NCBI GenBank assembly: GCA_965208215.1
Contig: CBDBOH010000003.1
Coordinates: forward strand, 1,338,129 to 1,402,128
DNA length: 64,000 nucleotides
DNA from: Chloroflexota bacterium
Lineage (GTDB): Bacteria; Chloroflexota; UBA11872
Direction of reading: 5' to 3'
Numbering within the stretch: the stretch's first letter is position 1; each line of letters opens with the position of its first letter. The notes below the pieces were generated by a model. The model made no database searches, was not told where the DNA came from, and worked only from the letters and a program-made list of their open reading frames with translations. The position numbers were made by a program, and so were the translations under genes. Shown piece after piece: positions 49,466-57,401 of the stretch.

Positions 49466-49646
49466 TCACTCAGGCAACAGTCGCCCCGGCGCTGTTACAA
49501 GGTGCCCCCGAATTGAATCGCCTGTCTCCAGGCCAGCGCCCGCGACCCTTGTGCGAGAGCGCACTCACCCGATAAACGCGGAGGCTGCGACCGCGACCCG
49601 ATAGGCTGGCCAGGGCAAGGCAACGTCGTCATCGATTGGTGAGACC

Positions 49647-50174
49647 GTGGAGCGATGCGCGACCCGGCCAATTACGGTCGCGGCATTGGTTGGCGTCGTT
49701 GCTTGCGTGGCGGGCCTCGCCTGGCGGCAGGCGCGGCTGGCCGGACTGGACTTGCTCGACAGCCGGGGCTGGTACACACCCGCGGAAGCGGCGGCCCTGT
49801 TCGACGCCCTCGACCAACTCGACTCGAGCGCGCGAGTCGTCTATGCAGCCACCGCGCTCACCATCGACATGGTCTTTCCGGCCTGCTACGGCCTGCTCTT
49901 GGCCATCCTGCTGTTCCGGCTGTTTCGAGGCGGGCCGCCGCTATATCTGCTGCCCCTGATGGTCGCCGTAACGGATGCGCTGGAGAACATCACCGTCGCG
50001 ACGCTCGCGCTCACCCACGCCGGTGCGCCGTCTCAGCTGGCCTGGTTGGCTGCCGTCTTCACTGTGGGCAAGACCGGCCTGTTTCTAGCCACCTTGGCTG
50101 TAACAGGCGTCGGCGGGGTGCGCTGGCTGTGGCTACGCACACGGCCGCACGCTGACCAGGGAACGGCTTCTTGA
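49647..50174 (+). CDS. Hypothetical integral membrane protein (4-5 TM helices)
   Basis: Hydrophobicity pattern only. No family recognised. Confidence 0.45.
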   Translation: MERCATRPITVAALVGVVACVAGLAWRQARLAGLDLLDSRGWYTPAEAAALFDALDQLDSSARVVYAATALTIDMVFPACYGLLLAILLFRLFRGGPPLYLLPLMVAVTDALENITVATLALTHAGAPSQLAWLAAVFTVGKTGLFLATLAVTGVGGVRWLWLRTRPHADQGTAS

Positions 50175-50207
50175 CCAACGCTGCGTTCGGTTAGCGGGGA
50201 CCTCTCA

Positions 50208-50223
50208 CTTCGAACACTCGAAG
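50208..50223. promoter_or_regulatory. Palindrome CTTCGA-N4-TCGAAG in the parDE promoter region
   Basis: Read from the sequence. A further GAAATTCGG-T-CCGAATCG inverted repeat follows 30 nt downstream. Confidence 0.3.
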
Positions 50224-50322
50224 GCCTGACCGGCAACAGCGCCGCCTCCTGGCAAGTAGTTCGAAATTCGGTCCGAATCGCACCGCCTTGCCAAACTTTG
50301 CCAAGCCCGCTAGCGTCACTCC

Positions 50323-50562
50323 ATGAGCACCATGAACATCTCCCTCCCCGAGTCCCTCAAGACCTTTGTTGACCAGCAGGTCAGGTCCCGCGGCTACAGT
50401 TCCTCGAGCGAGTACGTCCGCGAATTGATCCGCAAGGACCAGGACCGCCAGCGCTTGCGCAGCCTGCTACTGGAAGGCGCGGCATCGCCGTTGTCGGTCA
50501 CCGCCGACGCGCACTACTTCGGCCAGCTTCGCGATCAAGTCCACCAAGCCGGCAGGCGGTGA
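50323..50562 (+). CDS. parD: ParD-family antitoxin (RHH)
   Basis: MSTMNISLPESLKTFVDQQVRSRGYSSSSEYVRELIR matches the ParD/COG3609 N-terminus. Confidence 0.75.
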   Translation: MSTMNISLPESLKTFVDQQVRSRGYSSSSEYVRELIRKDQDRQRLRSLLLEGAASPLSVTADAHYFGQLRDQVHQAGRR

Positions 50563-50888
50563 CCCCAAAACCAGTCGTTCTTCGCGGGCGGGCGCGGCAC
50601 GACATCGACGAGGCCATCGATCACTATTCGACCGTGGCGACTTCGGCTCTAGCGCTGGCCTTCATCGACGCGTTGGAAGAGACCTTCAGCCACGTGGCCG
50701 ATCACCCCGCCAGTGGCTCCCCCCGCTACGCGGACGAACTGGCCCTCCCCGGTCTTCGCTCCCTGGTCGTGAAGGGCTCTCCTTATTTGGTCTTTTGCGT
50801 CGAACGGGAAGCGGACATCGACGTCTGGAGAGTCCTGCATGCCGCGCGGGACATCCCTACCTGGCTGCAGGAGCCACCCGAAAACTGA
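50559..50888 (+). CDS. parE: ParE/RelE-family toxin
   Basis: 4-nt overlap with parD. 109 aa. Conserved ...RVLHAARD C-terminal motif. Confidence 0.8.
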   Translation: MTPKPVVLRGRARHDIDEAIDHYSTVATSALALAFIDALEETFSHVADHPASGSPRYADELALPGLRSLVVKGSPYLVFCVEREADIDVWRVLHAARDIPTWLQEPPEN

Positions 50889-50903
50889 TCACTCGCACTC
50901 CAC

Positions 50904-51074
50904 ATGGCACCATCCAACCCCACCCATCCCTCACCGACCCAACCCATGACCCCCGACTACGACTGGCAGTCCCTCCACAGCGACGCCCTCGTCATCGACT
51001 CCCACAACGACACCATCGCCGGCCTCATCCGCCCTGATGGCCAGAGCACCGCCGACCTCAGTTCTCGTCCTTAG
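50904..51074 (+). pseudogene. Truncated duplicate of the first ~47 codons of the M19 dipeptidase gene (52275..)
   Basis: MAPSNPTHPSPTQPMTPDYDWQSLHSDALVIDSHNDTIAGLIRPDGQS is ~90% identical to the N-terminus of the 52275 gene. It runs into a stop after 56 codons. Its TAG overlaps the TAA of the convergent NTase gene. Confidence 0.75.
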
Positions 51075-51739
51075 CTGTATCTGTGCGCCAGCGCGTCCGC
51101 CAGGCGCTCAGCCAGCGGCGCCTCGCCAATCTGCCGCAACTGATCGGCCAGTTCCGGGCGCGATCGCGGCAGGACGCCCGCGTCGCTCAAGGTTGCCCGG
51201 GCCAGATGGGTCAGCATTGAGACGTAATTCTCCGTAGCGGCGTCGTGATCGCCGAGCAACTGCATTTCTTGGTGGAGCTGCTGCGCACGCTTCGCACGCT
51301 TGCGGGCTTCGGCAGCCGACGGCAACGACAGCCGGCCACTCCAGTCGGCCCGCAGGCGCGACCACCACTGTTCGCGCTCGAATAGCGGCTGGCCTAAGCG
51401 AACGGCCCACGAGAGGAAGTCGTGTCCCTTCGCCAGTTTCCGTGGCACCTCATCCGCTTCGTGCTGTTGAAGGTCCACACCAATCGGCGGCCGTGAGAGA
51501 CTCGGCCGACGCGTGCGGTACACCAGCACGAGGTCAAGGTCATCGCTCTGCGAAACGTCGCGAACCGCCGATCCGGAGGCGACGATCGCCAGAATCGCCG
51601 CGTCCTGCCCGGCCAGAGCCACGGCATCCATCGTCCAAAGGCGCGCTTTGCTATTCGGCCACGATCGCACGGCCCCGAGCGTTTGGTTCGACTCGTCGAG
51701 CTGGTGCGCGGATCGCTCCGTCGAAAGCTGCCGTGTCAT
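51071..51739 (-). CDS. Nucleotidyltransferase (minimal pol-beta-type NTase, MntA-like)
   Basis: GS-x9-DxD motif (ASGSAVRDVSQSDDLDLVLVY). 222 aa. Confidence 0.8.
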   Translation of the reverse strand: MTRQLSTERSAHQLDESNQTLGAVRSWPNSKARLWTMDAVALAGQDAAILAIVASGSAVRDVSQSDDLDLVLVYRTRRPSLSRPPIGVDLQQHEADEVPRKLAKGHDFLSWAVRLGQPLFEREQWWSRLRADWSGRLSLPSAAEARKRAKRAQQLHQEMQLLGDHDAATENYVSMLTHLARATLSDAGVLPRSRPELADQLRQIGEAPLAERLADALAHRYS

Positions 51740-52122
51740 CGGGCAAGCAACCCTTGCACGAGGTCGACATACGTCTCAATCGTGCTCGCAGTGTCCTCAG
51801 GGTCCATTCCGACTGGGGCAGGTGTGTCTCCATAGGCCTGGTGTTTGCGCATGGTGTTCAGGTCGATGAGCACGTCGCCGATGTCAGGCAGGCCGTGCTC
51901 CTGGCTCAAAGACTCGGCAGCCTCCGCCTTCGCGAAGTGACTTCCGGGACGGGGCTGCCCTAGATGTAGAGCCGCGGCAACAATGCAGGCCTCAAGGCAA
52001 TACAGACCGTATGACGAAAGATCGGCCCAGTCCGGCGGATCCCACGATGCCTTTTGCACCCGTTCAAGGTGCGCCCGAGCGAGTCGGAGCGAATCCTCAG
52101 CGGATTGCTGCACCATGCTCAC
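51736..52122 (-). CDS. Putative HEPN-like helical protein partnered with the NTase
   Basis: 128-aa all-alpha protein overlapping the NTase start by 4 nt. No canonical R-x(4-6)-H motif seen. The call rests on context and helical profile. Confidence 0.45.
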   Translation of the reverse strand: MSMVQQSAEDSLRLARAHLERVQKASWDPPDWADLSSYGLYCLEACIVAAALHLGQPRPGSHFAKAEAAESLSQEHGLPDIGDVLIDLNTMRKHQAYGDTPAPVGMDPEDTASTIETYVDLVQGLLAR

Positions 52123-52274
52123 TTGCGTCCAGGTCCCTAGTCTGCTCTGAGTCTAGCGGCAGGCACGCTGCCCGATCGCGCTGCCTGCGCCGTGCTTCAT
52201 CAGATCCAAATACTCCAAATAAACCGTCTACGACTCGGATTCACCTCGCCTCGCTCGGTGCCCGCCCACCCCGC

Positions 52275-53351
52275 ATGGCACCATCCAACCCCACCCATCC
52301 CTCAACCAATCCAACTATGACCCCCGACTACGACTGGCAGTCCCTCCACCGCGACGCCCTCGTCATCGATTCCCACAACGACACCATCGTCGGCCTCATC
52401 CGCCGCGACGGCCAGAGCATGGCTGGGCCTGATGCCCCTGCCCGCCCCGAGCCTGAGAGCCTGATCGGCTACCTGCGCGGCCCGGTCGATACCGCCGAAA
52501 TCCCCATCCAGTCCGACCTCCCCGCCATGCGGGAAGGCGGCATTGACGCCGGCTACTTCGCCATCGACAACACCCGCGCCTGGGGCAACCACCTGGCCTA
52601 CGTGCTGGATGGCTTTGGCTGGTTCCACGCCGAACTCCAGGCCCATTCCGATCAGCTCGCCCTCGCCCTGACCGCAGACGACATCCTGGCCGCCAAGGCC
52701 GCCGGCAGGGTCGCCGCCGTCCTCGCCATCGAGAACTCCGAGGCCCTCGAACGCAGCCTCCACGTCCTGCCCATGCTCTACCGGGTCGGCGTCCGCACCA
52801 TGACCATCACCCACTCCATCCGCACCTTCGCCGGCGACGGCGAGAGCCACCACCACTCCGGCGGCGGCCTCACCCAATTCGGCCGCGACCTCATCGCCGC
52901 CATGAACGACCTCGGGATGCTGGTTGATGTCTCCCACCTCAGCGTCCCCGCCTTCTGGCACGCCATGCAGGCCACTAACGCTCCCGTCATCGCCAGCCAC
53001 AGCTCCTGCCGCGCCCTCAACGAGCACGGCCGCAACCTCCACGACGACCAGCTCAAGGCCATCGCCGACGGCGGCGGCGTCATCGGCGTCACCTGCGTCC
53101 ACCACTTCGTCGACACCCACAACCCCACCCTCGAGCGCTACCTCGACCACATCGAACACGCCGTCAACATCGCCGGCATCGACCACGTCGGCTTCGGCTC
53201 CGACTTCGACGGCGGCTCCTATCTCCTCGACGACGCCCGCCAGGTCCCCCTCGTCACCCAGGGCCTCGCCGCCCGCGGCTGGTCCGAACCCAACCTCCGC
53301 AAATTCCTCGGCCTCAACCACCTCCGCGCCTTCCGCGCCGCCTGCGGCTAA
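52275..53351 (+). CDS. Membrane dipeptidase (peptidase M19 family)
   Basis: DSHNDT motif and further conserved metal-binding blocks (HSIRTFAGDGESHH, VDVSHLS, IASHSSCRAL, GFGSDFDG). ATG 52275. Alternative start ATG 52317. The track ORF begins upstream at 52011. Confidence 0.85.
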   Translation: MAPSNPTHPSTNPTMTPDYDWQSLHRDALVIDSHNDTIVGLIRRDGQSMAGPDAPARPEPESLIGYLRGPVDTAEIPIQSDLPAMREGGIDAGYFAIDNTRAWGNHLAYVLDGFGWFHAELQAHSDQLALALTADDILAAKAAGRVAAVLAIENSEALERSLHVLPMLYRVGVRTMTITHSIRTFAGDGESHHHSGGGLTQFGRDLIAAMNDLGMLVDVSHLSVPAFWHAMQATNAPVIASHSSCRALNEHGRNLHDDQLKAIADGGGVIGVTCVHHFVDTHNPTLERYLDHIEHAVNIAGIDHVGFGSDFDGGSYLLDDARQVPLVTQGLAARGWSEPNLRKFLGLNHLRAFRAACG

Positions 53352-53386
53352 CCCTTACTCCGTTCATTCCCGGTCTGCAGAACGCT

Positions 53387-53411
53387 GTAGGGGTGCCCCT
53401 TGTGGGTACCC
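53387..53411. repeat. REP-like element, GTAG head plus palindrome (variant GTAGGGGTGCCCCTTGTGGGTACCC)
   Basis: 36 nt after the dipeptidase stop. Belongs to the family listed below. Confidence 0.7.
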
Positions 53412-53445
53412 TTTTCTCCCGGCTGCCTCCGGGCTGCTGTCACCC

Positions 53446-53832
53446 TCACTCCCGAATCACCCGCACCTCAACCCCAACATCCAACTCCCCCCACGCCCGA
53501 TCCGCCGTCACCGCCGGCAACCCCCGCAGCGCCGCCAGCTGCAGACACGCCCGATCCCCAAGCGACAGCCCAAGGCAGCGCGTGGACCGTCCAATACTTC
53601 CTGAGGCGAGCGCCTGAACGTCGTCGAAGCTGACAACGTCCAGATCCATCAGGGCAAGGACGTAGTGCCTCTGCTCTTGGGGCATCCCTTGCTCGGCAAG
53701 CTTGGAGGCAACCTCGGCGATATTGACCGCCGAGACCAGCGCGTCGCCCCGGTAGCCGTCAACGATCTCGGCGCCCGCCTCACTTCGGAGAACGGCCAGA
53801 ATCGCCGAGGAGTCCAAAACTGCGCGACTCAT
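53446..53832 (-). CDS. PIN-domain toxin (VapC-like)
   Basis: MSRAVLDSSAIL (first Asp), VNIAEV, and the C-terminal TADRAW motif. 128 aa. Confidence 0.8.
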   Translation of the reverse strand: MSRAVLDSSAILAVLRSEAGAEIVDGYRGDALVSAVNIAEVASKLAEQGMPQEQRHYVLALMDLDVVSFDDVQALASGSIGRSTRCLGLSLGDRACLQLAALRGLPAVTADRAWGELDVGVEVRVIRE

Positions 53833-54413
53833 TTAGACTCCGTTTCCGCAGCCTCAGCTGCTCTAGCCTGCCTCGCCTTGATCTCAGCAACTTCGGCCTC
53901 CTCCGCCGCAGCTTCCCGCCGTCGTTCCGCAATCAGCTCGTCCACGACGCTTACGCCTTCGGGAACATAGCGGGAGAGCACCTCTTGCATGCGCTTGAGC
54001 TCCTTGGCGTCGTTGGACACTCGCAGATCCTCACCGTCCATCTGCATCACGATGTAATCGCCCTCGTCAACCTCCAACGCCTTCCGATACGCGGCCGGGA
54101 TCACTACCCGCCCCCCTGGCCCAATCGCCATCCGCACTAGCACTGGCAATGAATCCTCGGACGTAAGAGCATCGGCTGGCATCGGCTGGCTGAGTTGGGT
54201 CTCTGTGAATCCGCTTCGTACGAGCACGTTTCGCACGTGCTGGTACCGAATGCCTAGGAATCCCGCGATCTCAGAGCGGCTGTACCCCGCGCGAAAGAGT
54301 GCCCGGATTTTGTCGGCCTTTGTCGTTAGGCCGTCCGCCACCTCGTCCATGGGCCGACGCTCGCATACGCAGACACAGGGATCCTGATCGCAGCTGCAGT
54401 CACAGCACTCCAT
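53829..54413 (-). CDS. AbrB/SpoVT-type antitoxin-like protein with an HTH domain and a Cys-rich N-terminus
   Basis: ATG 54413 preceded by AAGGAGA. N-terminal MECCDCSCDQDPCVCVCE. HTH-like KIRALFRAGYSRSEIAGFLGIRYQHVRNVL. Swapped-hairpin GRVVIPAAYRKALEVDEGDYIVM. 4-nt overlap with the PIN gene. Confidence 0.7.
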   Translation of the reverse strand: MECCDCSCDQDPCVCVCERRPMDEVADGLTTKADKIRALFRAGYSRSEIAGFLGIRYQHVRNVLVRSGFTETQLSQPMPADALTSEDSLPVLVRMAIGPGGRVVIPAAYRKALEVDEGDYIVMQMDGEDLRVSNDAKELKRMQEVLSRYVPEGVSVVDELIAERRREAAAEEAEVAEIKARQARAAEAAETESK

Positions 54414-54449
54414 TGTTAGTCTCCTTTCAGAGCAGTTTGGGAAGCCGTC

Positions 54450-54923
54450 CTAGCGGTTCCAGGGCGGCTTGAGGGCGGCGATCAATTCGCTCTCGACTGC
54501 CTCGCGAGCGCGCTTGCCTCCGTTTACCGGATAGAACCACAGAACGAAGTTCTCCTCTGTCGTGGTTCCCTGGTGGATCAGGCTGTTGATCCGGCAATTC
54601 GTTTCCTGTCCACCCTGGTAGCAGTTCTTCGGCGAGATTCGGCCGAAGCCATCGTTCCAGCGGCTCTGGAGGTTCTGGCACTCACCGACGTAAAGCGCCC
54701 GTCCGTCGCCATTCGTGAGAACGTAGACGCCACTCCCCCACCAGCCCTTCGGTATTCGAATGCGACCAAATGGTCCTCGTCCGTACTTGTGCAGCGGCAA
54801 ATCTCGCTCGTTGCGATACCTGGACTGCGGCATCTCGTCGATGGCCGCACCGCGCCTATCGCGCTCCGGTCGAATCCGCCCGACATGCAAGAACATGTAC
54901 CCGGCAATGCTGTGTTCATTCAT
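54450..54923 (-). CDS. GIY-YIG nuclease family protein (standalone, 157 aa)
   Basis: GVYVLTNGDGRALYVGECQNLQSRW has the GIY/YVG plus Arg core. A downstream glutamate (REAVESE) and Asn follow. Confidence 0.75.
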   Translation of the reverse strand: MNEHSIAGYMFLHVGRIRPERDRRGAAIDEMPQSRYRNERDLPLHKYGRGPFGRIRIPKGWWGSGVYVLTNGDGRALYVGECQNLQSRWNDGFGRISPKNCYQGGQETNCRINSLIHQGTTTEENFVLWFYPVNGGKRAREAVESELIAALKPPWNR

Positions 54924-55139
54924 CTCTACGGAGTCCTTTCGTAGGAGCTAGCACAACTAGACGGGCAGTTGCCACTAGATGATCCAGCCCATGACAGGCT
55001 GAATATCCAAGGATAGACAGAACTAAGGCTACTTGCCAACAGTATGGGTTATCTGACGCTGGTGGGTACGATTGGCTGCCTGATTCGCGCAACTCCCAAC
55101 TACACTGCCCTACCACCCCCCCCGCCGAGGCCCTCACCC

Positions 55140-56030
55140 ATGCAACGCCGCAAACTCGGCCGCGTCCACCACCACAGCTCCATCGTCACCCTCGGCGCCG
55201 CCGGCCTTGGCCGCGCCGACCTCCCCCAGGCCGTCGTCGACACCGCCGTCGAACAAGCCCTCGCCGCCAGCGTCAACCACCTCGATATCGCCCCCACCTA
55301 CGGCAACGCCATGGAACACATGGCCCCCTGGATGCCCCGCCTCCGCGACGAAGGCTGGTTCATCGGCGCCAAGACCCGCGGCCGCACCCGCCGGGAAGCC
55401 TGGGACAACATCCGCTCCTGCCAGCAACGCCTCGGCGTGGAGACATTCGACCTCTTCCAACTCCACTCCGTCGTCGATTTCGACGACCTCGACCAGGTCA
55501 CCCAACCCGGCGGCGGCCTCGAAGCCCTCCTCGAGATGCGCGACCAGGGCCTCACCCGCTACATCGGCATCACCGGCCACGGCCCCCTCGCCCCCGCCGT
55601 CCAGCTCGAGGCCCTCAACCGCTTCGACTTCGACACCGTCATGTTCCCCCTCGCCGCCGCCATCTACCTCAGCCCCGACTACCGGCGCGATGCCCAGGCC
55701 CTGCTGGATGCCTGCCAGCAACGCGACGTCGGCGTCCAGACCATCAAAATGCTCGCCCGCGGCGGCTGGGGCGACGGCCCCCAGGAACTCAGCTGCTGGT
55801 ACGACCCCCATCGCGACCAGCCCCAGATCGACCAGGCCCTCTGGTGGGTCCTCTCCCAGCCCGTCCACACCGCGCCCTCGACAGGCGAAACCACCCTCCT
55901 CCCCCGCATCTTCTCCGCCGCCAAACGCTTCCGCCCCCTCGATGCCGCCCAACAATCCGCCGCCATCGCCGCCCAACACCCCCCACGCCCCGAACCCCGC
56001 CTCGCCATCCCCGCCGCGGCAGTCCTCTAG
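55140..56030 (+). CDS. Aldo/keto reductase
   Basis: ATG 55140. AKR blocks (LDIAPTYGN, YIGITGHG). The track ORF begins upstream at 55044 in a C-rich tract. Confidence 0.85.
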   Translation: MQRRKLGRVHHHSSIVTLGAAGLGRADLPQAVVDTAVEQALAASVNHLDIAPTYGNAMEHMAPWMPRLRDEGWFIGAKTRGRTRREAWDNIRSCQQRLGVETFDLFQLHSVVDFDDLDQVTQPGGGLEALLEMRDQGLTRYIGITGHGPLAPAVQLEALNRFDFDTVMFPLAAAIYLSPDYRRDAQALLDACQQRDVGVQTIKMLARGGWGDGPQELSCWYDPHRDQPQIDQALWWVLSQPVHTAPSTGETTLLPRIFSAAKRFRPLDAAQQSAAIAAQHPPRPEPRLAIPAAAVL

Positions 56031-56043
56031 GACGTTCCAGTCC

Positions 56044-56068
56044 CGTAGGGGTACCCCTTGTGGGTACC
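56044..56068. repeat. REP-like element GTAGGGGTACCCCTTGTGGGTACCC
   Basis: 13 nt after the AKR stop. Contains the perfect 10-bp palindrome GGGGTACCCC plus GGGTACCC. Confidence 0.75.
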
Positions 56069-56115
56069 CATGGGCTCGATGCAGGGTCGCTTAGGCCACG
56101 CCCATCGTCGTACGC

Positions 56116-56328
56116 CTACGCGTCGGACTTCGACTGGTCTCCCCGCGTAGCGCCACCGTCTACCGGCCGCTGTCGCTTCGTACCTTGATAGAACAACCCG
56201 CGCTTGGCGCCCGACCAATCCAGCGTCTCGGGAATGTCCGACGTATCGATCTGGTCATCCGGCAACGCCTCAAGCGCATCAAGTTCGGCCCTCTCATCGT
56301 CAGTCAGGCCAGAATCTCTCGTGGTCAT
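56116..56328 (-). CDS. DUF4415-like small protein (BrnA-associated family), orphan
   Basis: ATG 56328 preceded by GAGGAGGG. MTTRDSGLTDDERAELDALEALPDDQIDTSDIPETLDWSGAKRGLFY resembles DUF4415. No BrnT partner is nearby. Confidence 0.5.
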   Translation of the reverse strand: MTTRDSGLTDDERAELDALEALPDDQIDTSDIPETLDWSGAKRGLFYQGTKRQRPVDGGATRGDQSKSDA

Positions 56329-56366
56329 AAGCCCTCCTCGCACGCGTCGTTCCTTCCCGTACCCTC

Positions 56367-57143
56367 ATGCCACCGGAGCACAGAGGACTAGCTGTGGGCG
56401 ATTCTCAAGCAGCAGCCACGAGTGACCGCACGCCACTGCCCGCCTCCCTGTCCCAGCACTACCGCTGGCTCCTCACCCTCCCTACCCCACCGCCCCAGCG
56501 CCTCCTCGACGTCGGCGCCGGCGACGGCCGCCTCCTCCAGGTCGCCCGCGACCTCCGCATCCCCCACCTCGTCGGCCTGGAGCGCAAGCGCCGCTGGCGC
56601 CCCGCCAGCCCCGACTTCGCCCCCACCATCGGCGACGCCCAGCGCCTCCCCTTCCCCAACGACACCTTCGACTGCGTCGTCGAAAACGAATCCCTCGAGT
56701 GGATCACGCAGCCAGTCCACTTCCTCCGCGAAGCCTCCCGCGTCTGCGCCACCCACGGCTGCATCCTCACCGACGACTCCGACTGGGACACCCTCGTCTA
56801 CGCCGTCCAGGACACCGCCCGCGCCCGCCGCATCCTCCGGACCTTCGGCGACACCGGCCCCAACGGCTGGATCGGGCGCAACGCGCCTTCCCTCATGCGG
56901 CAGTCAGGTCTGCGCGACATCCAGGTCCACGTCCGCGTCATCACCGAACGCGAATTCACCCCCCACACCCTCGGCTACCACCAGGCCCAGGTCATCGACG
57001 ACTGGCTCCGCACCGTCGGCGACATCACCCCCACCCAACTCGACGACTTCCACGCCGACCTCCACCACACCGCCCAGCGCGGCGACTACCTCTTCACCCT
57101 CAACCGCTACATCTGCTTCGGTCACCCAGTCCAGCGCTCGTAG
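56367..57143 (+). CDS. Class I SAM-dependent methyltransferase
   Basis: Motif I LLDVGAGDGRLL. Post-I acidic residue and motif II (DTFDCVV). Confidence 0.8.
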   Translation: MPPEHRGLAVGDSQAAATSDRTPLPASLSQHYRWLLTLPTPPPQRLLDVGAGDGRLLQVARDLRIPHLVGLERKRRWRPASPDFAPTIGDAQRLPFPNDTFDCVVENESLEWITQPVHFLREASRVCATHGCILTDDSDWDTLVYAVQDTARARRILRTFGDTGPNGWIGRNAPSLMRQSGLRDIQVHVRVITEREFTPHTLGYHQAQVIDDWLRTVGDITPTQLDDFHADLHHTAQRGDYLFTLNRYICFGHPVQRS

Positions 57144-57147
57144 CACC

Positions 57148-57172
57148 GTAGGGGTACCCCTTGTGGGTACCC
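57148..57172. repeat. REP-like element GTAGGGGTACCCCTTGTGGGTACCC
   Basis: 4 nt after the methyltransferase stop. Confidence 0.75.
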
Positions 57173-57179
57173 ACCGCCC

Positions 57180-57398
57180 CTAGCGCCTCGGCCCCTTATC
57201 CGCCAGCGACATCGCAATCACCAACCCAATCGGCCCCAGGAAAAACCCCACAAAAAACCAGATTGGAACCCACAAGTTCCCCCACACCTCCGGCTCGTCC
57301 TTCTTCGACGCCACCCGCGACGTCGCCCACCCAAACCCAACCGCCACCACAAAAAACACAAAAAACAACGGCTCCGGAACCGACACTGAGCTACCCAC
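57180..57398 (-). CDS. Small hypothetical membrane protein
   Basis: 72 aa with two hydrophobic helices, sitting between two REP copies. Weak. Confidence 0.3.
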   Translation of the reverse strand: MGSSVSVPEPLFFVFFVVAVGFGWATSRVASKKDEPEVWGNLWVPIWFFVGFFLGPIGLVIAMSLADKGPRR

Positions 57399-57401
57399 GT
57401 C

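Noticed and set aside
52011-52274. Upstream extension of the dipeptidase ORF (track start 52011)
   Set aside because: The extension is antisense to, or overlaps, the HEPN-like gene promoter region and translates to low-complexity sequence. The conserved dipeptidase N-terminus begins at ATG 52275.
53400-53633. 77-aa ORF beginning in the REP element after the dipeptidase gene
   Set aside because: It is a Pro-rich translation of a C-rich non-coding tract and overlaps the convergent PIN gene.
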